Source: Octopus sinensis
Lineage: Eukaryota
Reading direction: 5' to 3'
NCBI RefSeq assembly: GCF_006345805.1
Contig: NC_043002.1
Location: forward strand, 110,050,001-110,114,000
DNA: 64,000 nucleotides
Shown: positions 24,520-38,334 of the stretch, piece after piece
Layout of the letters: each line of letters starts with the position of its first letter
Numbering within the stretch: the stretch's first letter is position 1
Notes under the pieces: model-generated
The model's database searches: none
The model's input: the letters and a program-made list of their open reading frames with translations, nothing else
Told to the model about the DNA's origin: nothing
Position numbers and translations under genes: made by a program

Positions 24520-25440
24520 CATCATCATCATGATCATCGATTAAAATCTGCTTTCCATACTGGCAGGGGTTGGACGGTTTGACTGAGGACTGGTGAGCCA
24601 GAGGCTGGACCAGGCTGAATCTGGTCTGGCAAACATTCTACAGCTGGATGCTCTTCCTAACATCAACCACTCTGAGAGTGTAGTGGGTGCTTTTTACGTG
24701 CCACCGGCACGAGGGCCAGTCTGGTGGTTCTGGCAATAACCATGCTCAAAAGGTGTTTTTATGTGCTACCTGCACAGGAGCCAGTCTGGTGGCACTGGCA
24801 ACGACCATGCTCAAATGTTTTTCATGTGCCACCGGTAAGGCAACACTGGCAATGAACATGCTTGAATGGTGCTTTTCATGTGTCATCAGCATGAGAGCCA
24901 ATCCATGGCCCTGGCAACGATCATGCTCGGATGTGCTTTTAATGTTCCACTGGCATGAGTGCCAATCGGGCGGCACTGTCATCGGCCATGTCAGTAATTT
25001 TGATTTTGATTTCTCTTACCTCAATAGGTTTTCACAAGCAAGGTTTATTGTCCAATGAATGAGGGGTATTCATAAATGGGCTGGTTACACCTACTGGCAT
25101 AGGCATTGGGCTATGGTCTCACTTGGCTTCTCGGGTCTTCTCAAGCACAGTGTATTTCCAAAGGTCCCGGTCACTAGTCATTGCCTCAGTAAAGCCTAAT
25201 GTTCAAAGGTCATGCTTCACCACCTTATCCCAGGTTTTCCTGGGTCTACCTCTTCCACAGATTCCCTCAACTACTAGGGTGTGACACTTTTTCACACAGC
25301 TGTCCTCATTCATTCATAACACATGACCATACAAGTGCAGTCGTCTCTCTTGCACACCACATCTGATGCTTCTTAAATCCAACTTTTCTCTCAGGGCGCT
25401 TACACTCTGTCATGTATGCACACTGACATTACACATCTAG
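24520..25440 (-). mobile_element. Older 5'-truncated RTE copy (3' UTR plus decayed ORF end)
   Basis: 25140-25440 aligns to the ORF end of 58155-58480. Confidence 0.8.
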
Positions 25441-26116
25441 CAACGTAAGGTTAGTTATTCCTGCCTAGACAACATTGCTTCAAACCTTGCACACAACAAG
25501 AGACAAAAAAAACACACACTTACACAGCGTACAATCCATACCTCTGCCTGTAACTTCTGTAATCGTACCTACTACCCATTGGGAGGGTCCTACATCTCAA
25601 AAGTTAGTCTATTGAGCCACTTTCACACTAAGTTCATATGGAGACAGCCGGAGTATCTTAATTCTCATTGGTGGGAATTAACATACTCTACATCAAAATT
25701 CGAACTCATTGGCAACCTGGCTTTGTCCACTGGGGAACTTATCTCCCTTGCCAATCATTAAGATAGTGCATTTGGGGCTACTGAACTGTTTTGACTCCTA
25801 TTTCTAGCAATGCCAGTACCACTTAGTACCCTCTGTCACTTTAGTGATGTTTATAAATTTGCCTTTAGATTATTAAATTGCTAATAAGCCACCTATATTA
25901 CTTATATATATATATATGCACACACACACACACACACACACAAAAACCTCTTTGATTATATTGCTTCCAACTTTAGACATAATGAAAAATGACAGGAAAT
26001 GTCAAAGAGTTAGTGACAGTGCATATATGTTGGAGAAACGGTTGAAGAGAGCAGTGGTAGGAGGGAGAAGGGACAATCATTAAGGAAAAGGTGATGTGCA
26101 GAGAAAATAAAAGCAA

Positions 26117-26475
26117 TAGGTGCAGGAGTGGCTGTGTGGTAACCAACCACATGGTTCTGGGTTCAGTCCCACTGCGTGGCATCTTGGGCAAGTGTCTTCT
26201 GCTATAGCCCCGGGCCGACCAATGCCTTGTGAGTGCATTTGGTAGACGGAAACTGAAAGAAGCCTGTTGTATATATGTATATATATATATGTATGTGTGT
26301 GTGTTTGTGTGTCTGTGTTTGTCTCCCTAGCATTGCTTGATAACTGATGCTGGTGTATTTACGTCCCCGTCACTTAGTGGTTCGACAAAAAGAGATCGAT
26401 AGAACAAGTACTGGGCTTACAAAGAATAAGTCCCGGGGTCGATTTGCTCCATGGCCGCAGTCAAATGACTGAAAA
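26117..26475 (+). mobile_element. SINE family A
   Basis: Homology, with small internal deletions. Confidence 0.85.
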
Positions 26476-26714
26476 AAAAATAAAATAAGGGAAAGAGAAT
26501 GGTAGAATGGAAAGCAATGGTCTGCTTTAGGAGGAAAGTGATTGTTTTTGATTGCCAGACTTGTGAATACATGAATACATGGGAATATTCCCTGCCTCAC
26601 ATACACACATCTGGCTAGCAAGAACACAGACACTCACGTATGTACATGGGGGTCACACACACACAAAAGAAAAAACTGGGGTAACACTTGCACACCAGTG
26701 CATATGTGTTTATA

Positions 26715-26929
26715 TACTCTTTACTCTTTTACTTGTTTCAGTCATTTGACTGCGGCCATGCTGGAGCACCACCTTTAATCGAGCAACTCGACCCCGGGAC
26801 TTATTCTTTTGTAAGCCCAGTACTTATTCTATCGGTCCCTTTTGCTGAACCGCTAAGTGACGGGGACGTAAACACACCAGCATCGGTTGTCAAGCAATGT
26901 TGGGGGGACAAACACAAACACACAAACAT

Positions 26930-26964
<35 letters not shown>

Positions 26965-27137
26965 CATATATACGATGGGCTTCTTTCAGTTTCCGTCTAC
27001 CAAATCCACTCACAAGGCATTGGTCGGCCCGGGACTATAGCAGAAGACACTTGCCCAAGGTGCCATGCAGTGGGACTGAACCCGGAACCACGTGGTTGGT
27101 TAGCAAGCTACTTACCACACAGCCACTCCTGCGCCTA
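26715..27137 (-). mobile_element. SINE family A
   Basis: Full-length homology. Confidence 0.9.
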
Positions 27138-27429
27138 AATATAATAATATTTATATTAGAAATATGATAAAACTAGATGAAAATTACTGAAATAAAATGG
27201 AAAAATAAAGATAAATGTATTCTTAAATAGATATTGCATTAGGCTGTCAAATAAATTCCTTTGTTTTTTCCTAATGCTATTTGAATTAACAAGAAAAATA
27301 TTTTTATCATTGTGTTTTATGGGAATTTTTCGTAGCTCTATTCTTCCTACAATTTTTGATCATTTTTGTAATTTGAATAAATTTTATCTCTTTTCAGACA
27401 TATGATGATGGAGAGCGTTAAATAGAAAG

Positions 27430-28025
27430 AAAAATTAGCACCTTTGACACCTGCTTCTCTTCACTTTCAATCAAGGTTCCAAAGCTGATAAAACCATTTG
27501 AGATATTTGTGCTGTGTATGGAGGAGTTGCTATTAATGAAAGAGCTGCACAGAAATGACTTTAACACTTCAAAGAGAGAAAAATTCAACTTGACAGACTC
27601 CCCATATTTTAACCAATCTGTACAGTCCAATGATGATTGATTGAACAAACTCATTCACAAGGACCCTTAGTAGATGGGATGCTCTCATGATATTGTTTGC
27701 CTGTTACCTGCACTCAACGAGTAAGGTCTATTCAGGTGAAACAACCTGACTGGTGACATGACATGCTTCTTAAACACAACGCTCACTTCGTGCCGCTAAT
27801 TTTGACCAAAAGCTTGGGTGGACAGTTCTATCACACTCACAATATTCTCTCAATAGAGTGTCTTCAGATTATTACCTTTCATGTTTGCTATCCAATAATC
27901 TGAAGGGCATTTCATTCAATGACATGGAGCTGAAAATGTAGATTGATGAATCCTTCAACTTAAGACATCTGCTATCAAAGTATAGGACAAGCTAGTTGAA
28001 TGTTGGCAAGAAGTCATGAACAAGG
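27430..28025 (+). mobile_element. Highly degenerate, internally deleted mariner transposase
   Basis: DICAVYGGVAINERAAQK (HTH region) and SSDYYL..LSNNLKGISFN..LVECWQEVMN (C-terminus) remnants. Confidence 0.7.
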
Positions 28026-28033
28026 AAAGAAAA

Positions 28034-28431
28034 TCTTTATATATAAAAGTGAAGTTGTGTGTCTGTCTCCTACGATTTAGATTTCTAACTACTCCCACAT
28101 TTTGTGGTGCAGTTTAACCAAAACCGGGTATCTTATAGTCGTGATTCATATCAAGCCCTTCTGGGTATTAGCGCGCGTCTACGATGAGTCTACGATTTAA
28201 AAAAAAATTTACCATCACTTTTTTCCATTTTAATGCATTATTTTCGCTATTATATAAGGGAAGTAACTCTCTAAAAATGTCTACGATGAGTCAACGATTT
28301 AAAAAAAATTTACCATAATTTATTTTCCATTTTTAATGCATTTTTTTGCTATTTTTTGGCTATAACTCTCTAAAAATGCTTATATAGTTATTTCCCTTAC
28401 AAACCCGAGCAACGCCGGGCGATACTGCTAG
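28034..28431 (+). mobile_element. Non-autonomous Helitron-like element
   Basis: A|TC start; cccgagcaacgccggg hairpin; CTAG|T end. Confidence 0.8.
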
Positions 28432-28791
28432 TATATTATATAACAATGAAAGCGAATATTATTGACTGATTTATTAAAATTAGTGATGGAAAATAGGGAT
28501 TAAAATAAATGGGAAAAAATGAATTAATTATCTGTCAACCCAATACATAACACACATACATAAAACAAGTGGTGGGTCGGTGCAGAATTTGGAAAAGAAG
28601 AAATGTTTTTCTCTGAAAGGAACTGATGTTTCCTGAAGTGTGATGCACCATGGCAGGACAACATACCAGACATCAAGAAGTATTTAATGGAGTGGCCGGT
28701 TTTACACTGCTCCTTAAATACACTTACATGCTCAATTTGAAGCTAGTGTTTGCAATAATATGAAAAACAAAAATTAACATTTAACTAACAA

Positions 28792-29200
28792 TAGGCGCAG
28801 GAGTGGCTGTGTGGTAAGTAGCTTGCTAACCAACCACATGGTTCCGGGTTCAGTCCCACTGTGTGGCATCTTGGGTAAGTGTCTTCTGCTATAGTCCTGT
28901 GCCGACCAATGCCTTGTGAGTGGATTTGGTATACGGAAACTGAAAGAAGCCTGTCGTATATATGTGTATATATATATGTATGTGTGTGTTTGTGTGTCTG
29001 TGTTTGTCCCCCTAGCATTGCTCGACAACCGATGCTGGTGTGTTTACGTCTCTGTCACTTAGCGGTTCGGCAAAAGAGACCGATAGAATAAGTACTGGGC
29101 TTACAAAGAATAAGTCCTGGGGTCGATTTGCTCGACGAAAGGCGGTGCTCCAGCATGGCCGCAGTCAAATGACTGAAACAAGTAAAAGAGTAAAAGAGTA
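28792..29200 (+). mobile_element. SINE family A
   Basis: Full-length homology. Confidence 0.9.
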
Positions 29201-29844
29201 TTCACTAAAAAGGGATTTGTTATGTTATTAGAGTCTGTAACTTCAAAATTTCACTGACACAATGATCACGAGAAAGTTGGTAGCTAGTATACATATAGAA
29301 AATGGGAAGAATTGAATATTAAGAGGATGGCTATAGAGTTTAGGAGTTGCTGAGATAAACAAAGGCAGATGATTAAAGAGTTACAGAAATAGAAAGATAG
29401 GAAGAATTTGCGTGAAAATTGGCAGAAGAGGGAAGACCAATACAACATCAGATGCAAAGGTTCATTATAAAAGCACAATAAGATATATGTATATATACAA
29501 AAACTTGTACACAGGTTCATAGATTCATGTGTGCATGCAACTCACACAAACATTTAGTAAAAATATATGAAGGTTATGATGAAATATATCGAGAGATTTT
29601 TTTTTATTCTGTGAAGAAGATTAGGTTGATTGGAACAAAACAAGAGATTCAAAGATATAGTGCAAGATGAAAAAAAAAAAAAGGAACATCACATATAGCA
29701 ACAAGTTCACACACAACATTGTTTGTGTTCACAAGAATGGATAAGCAAAAAGTGTTCATGAGAAATTAGCAAGATAAATCAAGAAACAAATATTGCAAGC
29801 ATAGAATGATGTCTCTGTCATAATACTTGTGTTCATGCATGTGC

Positions 29845-29971
29845 GTTTGTGTGTGTGTGTGTGCACGCGCATGCATGAGTGCTATCTGTGTGTGTGTGTG
29901 TGTGTGTGTGTGTCTGTGTGTGTGTGTGTGTGTGTTTGTTGTGTGTGTGTGTGTGTGTGTCTCTCTGTGTG

Positions 29972-30024
<53 letters not shown>

Positions 30025-30031
30025 GTCTGTG

Positions 30032-30066
<35 letters not shown>

Positions 30067-30129
30067 GTTTGTGTGTGTGTGTGAGTGTGTTTGTGTGTGT
30101 GTGTGTGTATGTGTGTGTGTATGTGTGTG

Positions 30130-30164
<35 letters not shown>

Positions 30165-30265
30165 ATTTGTGTGTGTGTGCGTGTGTGTGTGCATGTGTGT
30201 GTGTGTTTTTGTGTTTGTGCATGTGTGTGTGTGTGTTTTTTGTGTGTGTGTGTGTGTGTGTGTGC
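29845..30265. repeat. Long interrupted (GT)n microsatellite
   Basis: Directly visible; source of the spurious poly-HT/poly-CV ORFs. Confidence 0.95.
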
Positions 30266-30473
30266 ATGCCAACAGTTGTGTGGATTTATTTTGCAACTAT
30301 TCAACTCGGTTGAAATGATAAAGAATTACTTTGCTTATAGATTTTACTAAGCTCCGAATGAATCTTTCTGTGACAAATGAGCATGCTAAAAGTATCAATT
30401 GTGATTGGCTGGAGATAACCACAAACACAATGTAATCATGTAAGTTCCCTGCAAATTCTCTGATATGTTCATG

Positions 30474-31733
30474 TATCAGGTCATCCCATAAGTTCTATCC
30501 AAATTTTGAATAAAGAAAACAAGTGATCAAATGTTATATTTAATTGAAATTTAATCATCAATGTACTTTCCCTGATTCTCTATGACTTCCTTCCATCTAT
30601 TTACAAGCTTTTTAATCGCATCAATGTAAAACTCTTTTGGTTTCAAAGCGAAGAACTCTGAAGTGTCAGTTTCAACCTCCTCCTGGCTTGCGAAAGTTAT
30701 GTCCCCCAAATGATTCTGTAAACTACGAAACAAATGGTAGTTTGAAGGAGCAAGGTTGGAAGAATAAGGTGGATGAGGAATTTTTTCCCAACCAAGCTCT
30801 TCAATCTTTGTAGTGCGGCGTCGTGAATTGTCCTGATGAAACAACACTCCTTTTCAATTCACTAAAGCACGTCTTTTTTTTTCCTTCAAAGCTTGGTTCA
30901 AACACTGTAATTGCTGACAGTAGACTTGAGCATTGATTGTTGCATTAGGTGGTAACAATTCAAAGTGAATTACTCCTTTGCAATCCCACAAGATAGAGAG
31001 AAGAAATCTTTTTTCCATGAAGTTCCCTTCTCGGTTGTGATTGAGCTTTTTCCCTTTTACCAAGCCACTGTTTACAACGTTTAACATTTCGATAGAAGAC
31101 CCATTTTTCGTCACCAGTCTATCCAAAAAGGGTGAAATGAGGTCATGAGAATGGAGAGAAGAACAGATGTCAACTCAGGGTTTGCAGTTGCTTTTGGACA
31201 ATTCATGAGGCAGCTATTCTCCAAGTTTAGGGACCTTTCCAAGTTGTTGAAGATGATGATGAACATTTGATGGTTGGAATTAAGCTTTATTGCCAATTCT
31301 TCAACTGATAATGCAGAATTTTCTTCAAGTAATGCCTCAAGGAGCTTATCATCAAACTCAACAGGACGTCCTGTTCGATCTTCATCTTCAAGGCTGAAAT
31401 CTCCACTTTCGAATTTTGCAAACCATCTTCTGCAAGTTCTTTCATTCAAGCATTCTTTCACATAAACTGAGTGTATGTTTCAAGTCACTTCGGCTGCAGA
31501 GTTTCCTTTTTTGTACCCATAAAGCACTATGTGCCTTAAATGCTCTTTAGATACTTCCATGTTAGAAAAGGGTTTTAATCAAAGAAATTTTAATTCTATT
31601 ATTCTGTAAAATAATATTTAATTAGTTTAAATGTACACAAATGCATGAAAATAACTTTTAATTCCATTAGACATTCTAAAATACTATTAAATTTCATTCA
31701 ATTTTAAAAAAGGTAAAATTGGGAAAACCTGAG
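30474..31733 (-). mobile_element. Mariner (Mos1-like) transposon, inactivated
   Basis: Transposase 31560 to 30551 (MEVSKEHLRH..., WFAKFESGDFSLED, HQDN, HPPYSSNLAPSNYHLF) with stops and frameshifts; left TIR TA-tcaggtcatccca, partial right TIR tgggaaaacctga. Confidence 0.9.
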
Positions 31734-31839
31734 GAACAAAGGAGAGATTGGAAGAAAAGGGATATGGCCCAAAAGGAAAGAAAAAATACTGGCATACATA
31801 ATCCCTACACACAAAACATATGGAAGAAACCAAACAAAA

Positions 31840-32720
31840 AGTACAAAGATTCTGAAGTCCTATGGTATAATTCATTTTTGGACTCCAAATATCGTCCCAG
31901 ATTGGTAAGCAATTCATTGCACCATTAAATAGATGCTTTCCTAAAACACATAAATACTACCATTTATTCAACAAACACAGTGAAATTATCGTATGCAACA
32001 TCTCACAACATGGAGTACTACATACACAAATACAACAACCAGAAATTGAACACACAAACAACGTCTGCTGGTAGAGAACAAACAAATCAAAACTACACAG
32101 AATTTAACAAGAATAACCAAAATAAACAACAGATAGACTGCAAAATCTCAGAGAGCATAAAAGACGGTGACAATATAGTTGAAATATATAATCTAAAAGA
32201 TCCAACAAAACAGATTACTGATTAAACAAAGCCTCAGGTACTAGAAATCAAACGGAACAGAATCAAAAAGCCACCAGATAAACATAAGAATGATAAGAAT
32301 ACGATTCAATGCACATGCCATAGAAAATCCGCATGTCCGCTCCTGAACCAATGTGCTCAAAAAAACATTGTATATAAATGCATAATCTATACTTCTCAAC
32401 ATATTTACATGTACAATAAGTGCCACTGAAAACCAATTAAAAGTCCGTTATTGAAACCACATCTTGTTATTTCTGAAAAATAGACGGCATATGACCTCGC
32501 TGGCAGACTTCATATGGGGACTGGAAGAATCAAAAATTAAAGACCAAATAGAATGGCCAAAAATTAAAAAACGCACATCCATGTACTTCACTATCCGGCA
32601 AATGTGACCCTTGCCTTGAGGAAGCACTGAGTATTCTACTGAGTAATGAAAATCTAGTGAATAATCATGATGAGAAAATTGCTACATGTAACCACCGTGC
32701 CAAATATGCATTTTCCAGAA
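31840..32720 (+). mobile_element. Decayed Penelope-like ORF (RT C-terminal linker to GIY-YIG region)
   Basis: VLWYN..RCFPKTHKYYHLFNKH..VKLSYA and ATENQLKVRY..TSLADFIWGL remnants. Confidence 0.65.
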
Positions 32721-32966
32721 GGAACAGTGTGTAAAGTATAATTATTATTATTATTCTATCGCGCTAAACCTATTTTTTACCGCCTTCATCTATGTATAGG
32801 AGTGTATTTATGATGGAGCATTCAGCAATATAACTATGTAGATATAACTATGTACGTGGAAATGAGTAGATAACTGTATAAGCGTCCATGAATAGGTGTG
32901 AATGTGTTTATTGATATGTAGGCGAGTATATGTATGCGTATGTGCATCTGAATATATGTACATATA

Positions 32967-33360
32967 TCTTTATATATAAAAGTGAGGTTGTGTGCTGTCT
33001 GTCTCCTACAATTTAGATTCCTAACTACTCCCACATTTCGCGGTGCAGTTTAACCAAAACCAGGTATTTTATAGTCGTGATTCATATCGAGCCCTTCTGG
33101 GTATTAGCGCGCATCTATGATGAGTCTACGATTTAAAAAAAAATTTACCATCAATTTTTCACATTTTTAATGCATTTTTTTCGCTATTATATAAGGGAAG
33201 TAACTCTCTAAAAATGTCTACGATGAGTCAACGATTTAAAAAAAAATTTACCATAATTTTTTTCCATTTTTTTGCTATTTTTTGGCTATAACTCTCTAAA
33301 AATGCTTATATAGTTATTTCCCGAGCAACAAACCCGAGCAACGCCGGGCGATACTACTAG
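32967..33360 (+). mobile_element. Non-autonomous Helitron-like element
   Basis: Same termini as the 28034 copy. Confidence 0.8.
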
Positions 33361-34233
33361 TATCTATATGAAATGCTTCTTTAAAGAAAATACCATGGCT
33401 TTCAGCAGTATATCCACGTTAAGTAAGATATGCAGAATGCTTTCGACATATCTTTCTATAAACACTTGCCAATTACATCTTTCTTTGAACAATTAAACTA
33501 TTTCTCTCTTCTTGAGTTTTTACCTGAAGCTAATCATACTTATTGAAAAACTAATGATGTTGAGCACGACATTGTTATTGAATCTTAACCCTTTCGTTAC
33601 CAACCCGGCTGAAACCAGCTCTGGTTCTGTAGTACAAATATCTTGTTTTCATAAGTCTTGAATTAAAATCTTCTACCAAACCTTAGTCACAATTTATGTT
33701 CCTAACACTAGTTGAATGATAACTAAGTTATTTTACTAAATTCTTTGTTATATTTAAAGTAATTGAAAGAAACACAGAGCATCTCAAAATAAACACAGTA
33801 ACAAAAGGAAATGTAACCATAGCAATTCTGTTTTTGTTGTGTTTGTGAAGAATAAATTCGATATTTTGCATCAAATTGATGTGCAGTGAGTCACTATATT
33901 TTTGCCTCAAGGAAACATTCTAACAATGTTGCACCAGCATTTTAAAATATATACTGATCATACAAAATCTCATCAATCAGGCAATGGTCTTCATGGGTCA
34001 CAATCTGCACTTTCTTAATGTGATCATCACCAGGGATGGATTTATAGGGGGTAAAGGGAGCAACTGTTCTGGGACCCCTGATAGATACTGGTGTGTGTGT
34101 GTGGGGGGGGGTCCCTGCTATGAAGAGTATACAACACTCAGCACAGGAAAGTCCTACCTCCCAGCAATCAGGCAAGAAGAGGCTCTCTTTCAGCATAGAA
34201 AGATATTTTGCCTTCTTAACGTAATGAATTCTC

Positions 34234-34819
34234 GAAAAACTGTATGCAAGCAATAATAAATCTCTGAACGAGATGTAAACAGTAACTGCACAACAATGTG
34301 AGGTATACTAGCCATCTCAATATGGCTAACCACTAAGTGTGGGTGTTACTGTAGCTTGTAGCCCCAGGAGATCATCGTCTCCAGCTGGCTTTAGGCACAC
34401 TTTCTGTGCCCTTATGGTATTTGCAAAGGGAGGTCATCCCTCCTTCGTCAACCTAGGTGACATGCACGGACTGCAGTTTCTAGGTATTTGCCTGTCTTAA
34501 ACGTACAGCAGTCACTGGATGTCGATGAAGGGAGTCCCAATGCAAATCCTTATATCGTTTTTCCAGTAACTTTTCGTCACTGATCTCGAAAAACTGTATG
34601 CAAGCAATAATAAATCTCTGAACGAGATGTAAACTGCACGACAATGTAAAGTATACTAGCCATCTCAATATGGCTAGCCACTAAGGGTGGGTGTTACCAT
34701 AAGGGCACAGGAAGTGTGCCTAAAGCCAGCTGGAGACGATGATCTCCTGGGTCTACAAGCTACAGTAACACACACCCTTAGTGGTTAGCCATATTGAGAT
34801 GGCTAGTATACCTTACATT
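34234..34819. mobile_element. Repeat family F insertion: 354-bp direct repeat plus terminal inversion
   Basis: Period 34231 to 34585; 34700-34820 inverts ~34290-34420; gtaatgaattctc on both flanks; another copy at 40800-41175. Confidence 0.65.
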
Positions 34820-34988
34820 GTAATGAATTCTCTTTTATGGTAAATAACCATAGATTTTGTCACTTTAGAGACACCAATTAATTCAATTAAAAAACAGTTC
34901 CAAAGCAGCTTTTGGGACAACAACAGAGAAAAGAGAAACACCAGAACACTCCTGAAAATGTTTGTATGTATATGTGAGTGTGTGTGTG

Positions 34989-35071
<83 letters not shown>

Positions 35072-35115
35072 GTATGAGTGTAAATAAGGAGATTGATAGA
35101 AAGAAGTTATTGTCT

Positions 35116-35328
35116 CTCTTTACTCTCTTTTACTTGTTTCAGTCATTTGACTGCGGCCATGCTGGAGCACCGCCTTTAGTCGAGCAAATCGACCCTGGGA
35201 CTTATTCTTTGTAAGCCCAGTACTTATTCTATCGGCCTCTTTTTGCCGAACCGCTAAGTGATGGGGACGTAAACACACCAGCATCGGTTGTCAAGCAATG
35301 CTAGGGGGACAAACACAGACACACAAAC

Positions 35329-35365
<37 letters not shown>

Positions 35366-35537
35366 CATATATACGACAGGCTTCTTTCAGTTTCCGTCTA
35401 CCAAATCCACTCACAAGGCATTGGTCGGCCCGGGGCTATAGCAGAAGACACTTGCCCAAGATGCCACGCAGTGGGACTGAACCCGGAACCATGTGGTTGG
35501 TTAGCAAGCTATTTACTACACAGCCACTCCTGCACCC
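35116..35537 (-). mobile_element. SINE family A
   Basis: Full-length homology. Confidence 0.9.
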
Positions 35538-37475
35538 AGGTCAAATTCCTTCTTTCAACATAAGATTGAGCAATGACCTTGGCTTGACTGCTTGTAGTTA
35601 AAGGCATACACATACACACACATGCACACATACACCCCCACACACACATACATACATGCACGCATACATTGCTCCTTCTAAACTCAATTATTTCAGTGAG
35701 GCATTGAAAACTGGTCTTATTTTATGAAACAAGTAAAGAATATTGTTCCATAATGAATTTTGAATTTAGTATAAAAAGCACTTTTTTTCTGCTTTAGAAT
35801 TATTACAAACATGTTCAAGTATTTTTCATTAAATCAAACATTTTTTCTTATTTTTTTCCTATACTTTACATCATTTTGTCAAACACTTGAAATTACTATA
35901 TGGGAGTGGGGCAAAATGAATAATTTCCAATTTCTTGTTATTTTTTCCCTTTCTATTTTCAACCATTACATTGCAAGTATTGCATTCCTATTTTTGTACC
36001 TTTACATCATCTGTTGGAGTAACAATTGGTCATGTAGTCGTTGAAGTTGAGAGAGTTTGAAACAGGTGACAAGAATTTTTTCCTCAACTTTCACCTAATT
36101 ATAATTGAGGAGCCAATAAAGTATCTGGGTAATTTTTGGTGTTTAACCACCAATATTCTTTTCTCTGTTGGATTTTACATCGATTTTTTTCTGCGCTTTT
36201 ATCTGATTTGATAATTTTCAAGTTTCAGAAAAAAAAAATGTCTAAATTGGGGCAAAATAACTAATTTTAATAATTTTGATAATTTTCTTTTCTCTTTAAC
36301 TGCATAGTGCATAAATATATCAGGAAGAGAGCCACTCCAGCAGCTCATGAAGAAGCTACAGAGAATATTTTATGTTGCATTTTTAGATTTTGTCAAGTTT
36401 CATTAATTTCATATAATGGTTAAACACCAAAGATTATCCTGATATTTTAATAGCTACCGCAATTACAGTCAGGTCAAAGTTGAGGTAAAATTTCCTGAAA
36501 AACAAAATTGCTTGTTACCTTTCAAACTCTCAACTTCAACATCACCAACTTTTACCTTATTTTATCTTATTCATTTTTACTCCACCTAAATTTGTCTCAA
36601 AGAGAACAGTGATAATTTTCTGATATAGTGTTCTGAATATGTTATAGGTTTTACTGCATTTAGAGAAGGCCTTTACTTAGCTGATATTCTTTTGGCAAGG
36701 TAGTAAAGATTTTTGAAAATATATTTTCTTCAGAGTCAAAAATGCAGTAAATATTACTCATTGTGCTCCACTTGCCCCACTACTGGAAACTGGAAAAGCA
36801 GACTTTCAGAAAAGCTGTTTGAATTTCCCTGTTTTTGTTGAGATATTCCCTTCTTTTCTCATGCATTGCAAGACAATGAAGAAGAATTTTAAAAGAAGAA
36901 TTTTAAAAATCCTTGTCTTTTAAGTGTTGGTATCTCCACCCACCCTTCTCGAACACACACACACACTCATCATACCTTTGGAACAGCAACAACCACTTTT
37001 ATCTCTTTTTGTAATTTTCTGTCATTTTATCACGTTCCACATGCTGAAATATTTGTAACTTGCATTAAAAGAAAAAAAATCTTACCCCCTCTTCCCTCCT
37101 TTATTGCACTTTTCACAATGAAGGAAAAGTCAAACACTGCAAGTGGATGTGTGAAAAACAAAATTCAAATTTTGAAAAATATATCTATAAAGTAACATTT
37201 TCAGTCATTTATTTAAATTTTCTCTCATCGAATTCAATTACATGAAATAAATGGGTTTTGAGATTTAAATTTGGTAAATTTAAATCCAGCCCTGATCATC
37301 ATTCATTGTCATAAAAGGGTTCAAGATTTGAAATTATCTTCAGTTATTCAGTGGATGTTCTCTGTCTAAAGTGTACTACTTGTGACATTGTTTACCAGTA
37401 AAAATGATTTTGCCCATGGCTGAAGGTCAAGTTTACCCTTTCACATCACTGCAGTCATGTATATAGTGTGCAGGT

Positions 37476-37880
37476 ATACTCTTTTACTTGTTTCAGTCAT
37501 TTGACTGTGGCCATGCTAGAGCACCGCCTTTAGTCGAGCAAATCGACCCTGGGATTTATTCTTTGTAAGCCCAGTACTTATTCTATCAGTCTCTTTTGCC
37601 GAACCACTAAGTGACGGGGACGTAAACACACCAGCATCGGTTGTCAAGCAATGCTAGGGGGACAAACACAGACTCACAAACATATACACACACACTTATA
37701 TATATATGCCTATATACGACAGGCTTCTTTTAGTTTCCATCTACCAAATCCACTCACAAGGCATTGGTCGGCCCGGGGCTATAGCAGAAGACACTTGCCC
37801 AAATGCCACGCAGTGGGACTGAACCCGGAACCATGTGGTTGGTTAGCAAGCTACTTACCACACAGCCACTCCTGCACCTA
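37476..37880 (-). mobile_element. SINE family A
   Basis: Full-length homology. Confidence 0.9.
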
Positions 37881-38051
37881 TATAAGTCCATTTCCATTAG
37901 AGAGGAAGGAGTCCTTAATTTTTCTTGTGTTACTGTTTATAAGTGTAAATCATAATATTTAGACACTGAAGCATGATTGTACAATTATTCTGTTTTCATA
38001 AATATGATGACATCAGTCAACTAAAATCATTCCCAAATTGGAAGCATACAC

Positions 38052-38173
38052 TCACCAACACAGTTTCTTTGCTACAAGCTGGTATCCTGATTTACAGGAA
38101 CATTTGTAGCTTCCAACTGAATTGAGACAGTTATGATGGCAGCCACCATTTCCTTTAGCACATTCATTTATAT
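38052..38173 (-). CDS. cbEGF exon [39 protein letters not shown](W*); 118 nt to the donor, possibly terminal
   Basis: Acceptor ttttccag|; donor |gtgagt at 38055; 2 nt shorter than its sister exons; read-through gives TGG TGA (stop at 38052-38054). Confidence 0.7.
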
Positions 38174-38299
38174 CTGGAAAATTATCATAGGAGAGAAAAT
38201 TTTATTAAAATAAAACATGCACCTATATTTACATACAAATGCATTTACTTGAATTTTGAATACATATATTATCTACTATATATATATATTCACACACAA

Positions 38300-38334
<35 letters not shown>

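Larger units (their letters stand above)
34031..37294. mobile_element. hAT-like DNA transposon (~3.3 kb, decayed, with nested insertions)
   Basis: TIRs cagggatggattta / taaatccagccctg; 8-bp TSD atcatcac / atcatcat (7 of 8 match). Confidence 0.65.

Noticed and set aside
29766-30350. Long ORFs (poly-HT, poly-CV) on both strands
   Set aside because: Translations of a (GT)n microsatellite; the same applies to the YI/YV/CM ORFs over (TA)n and (TACA)n tracts.
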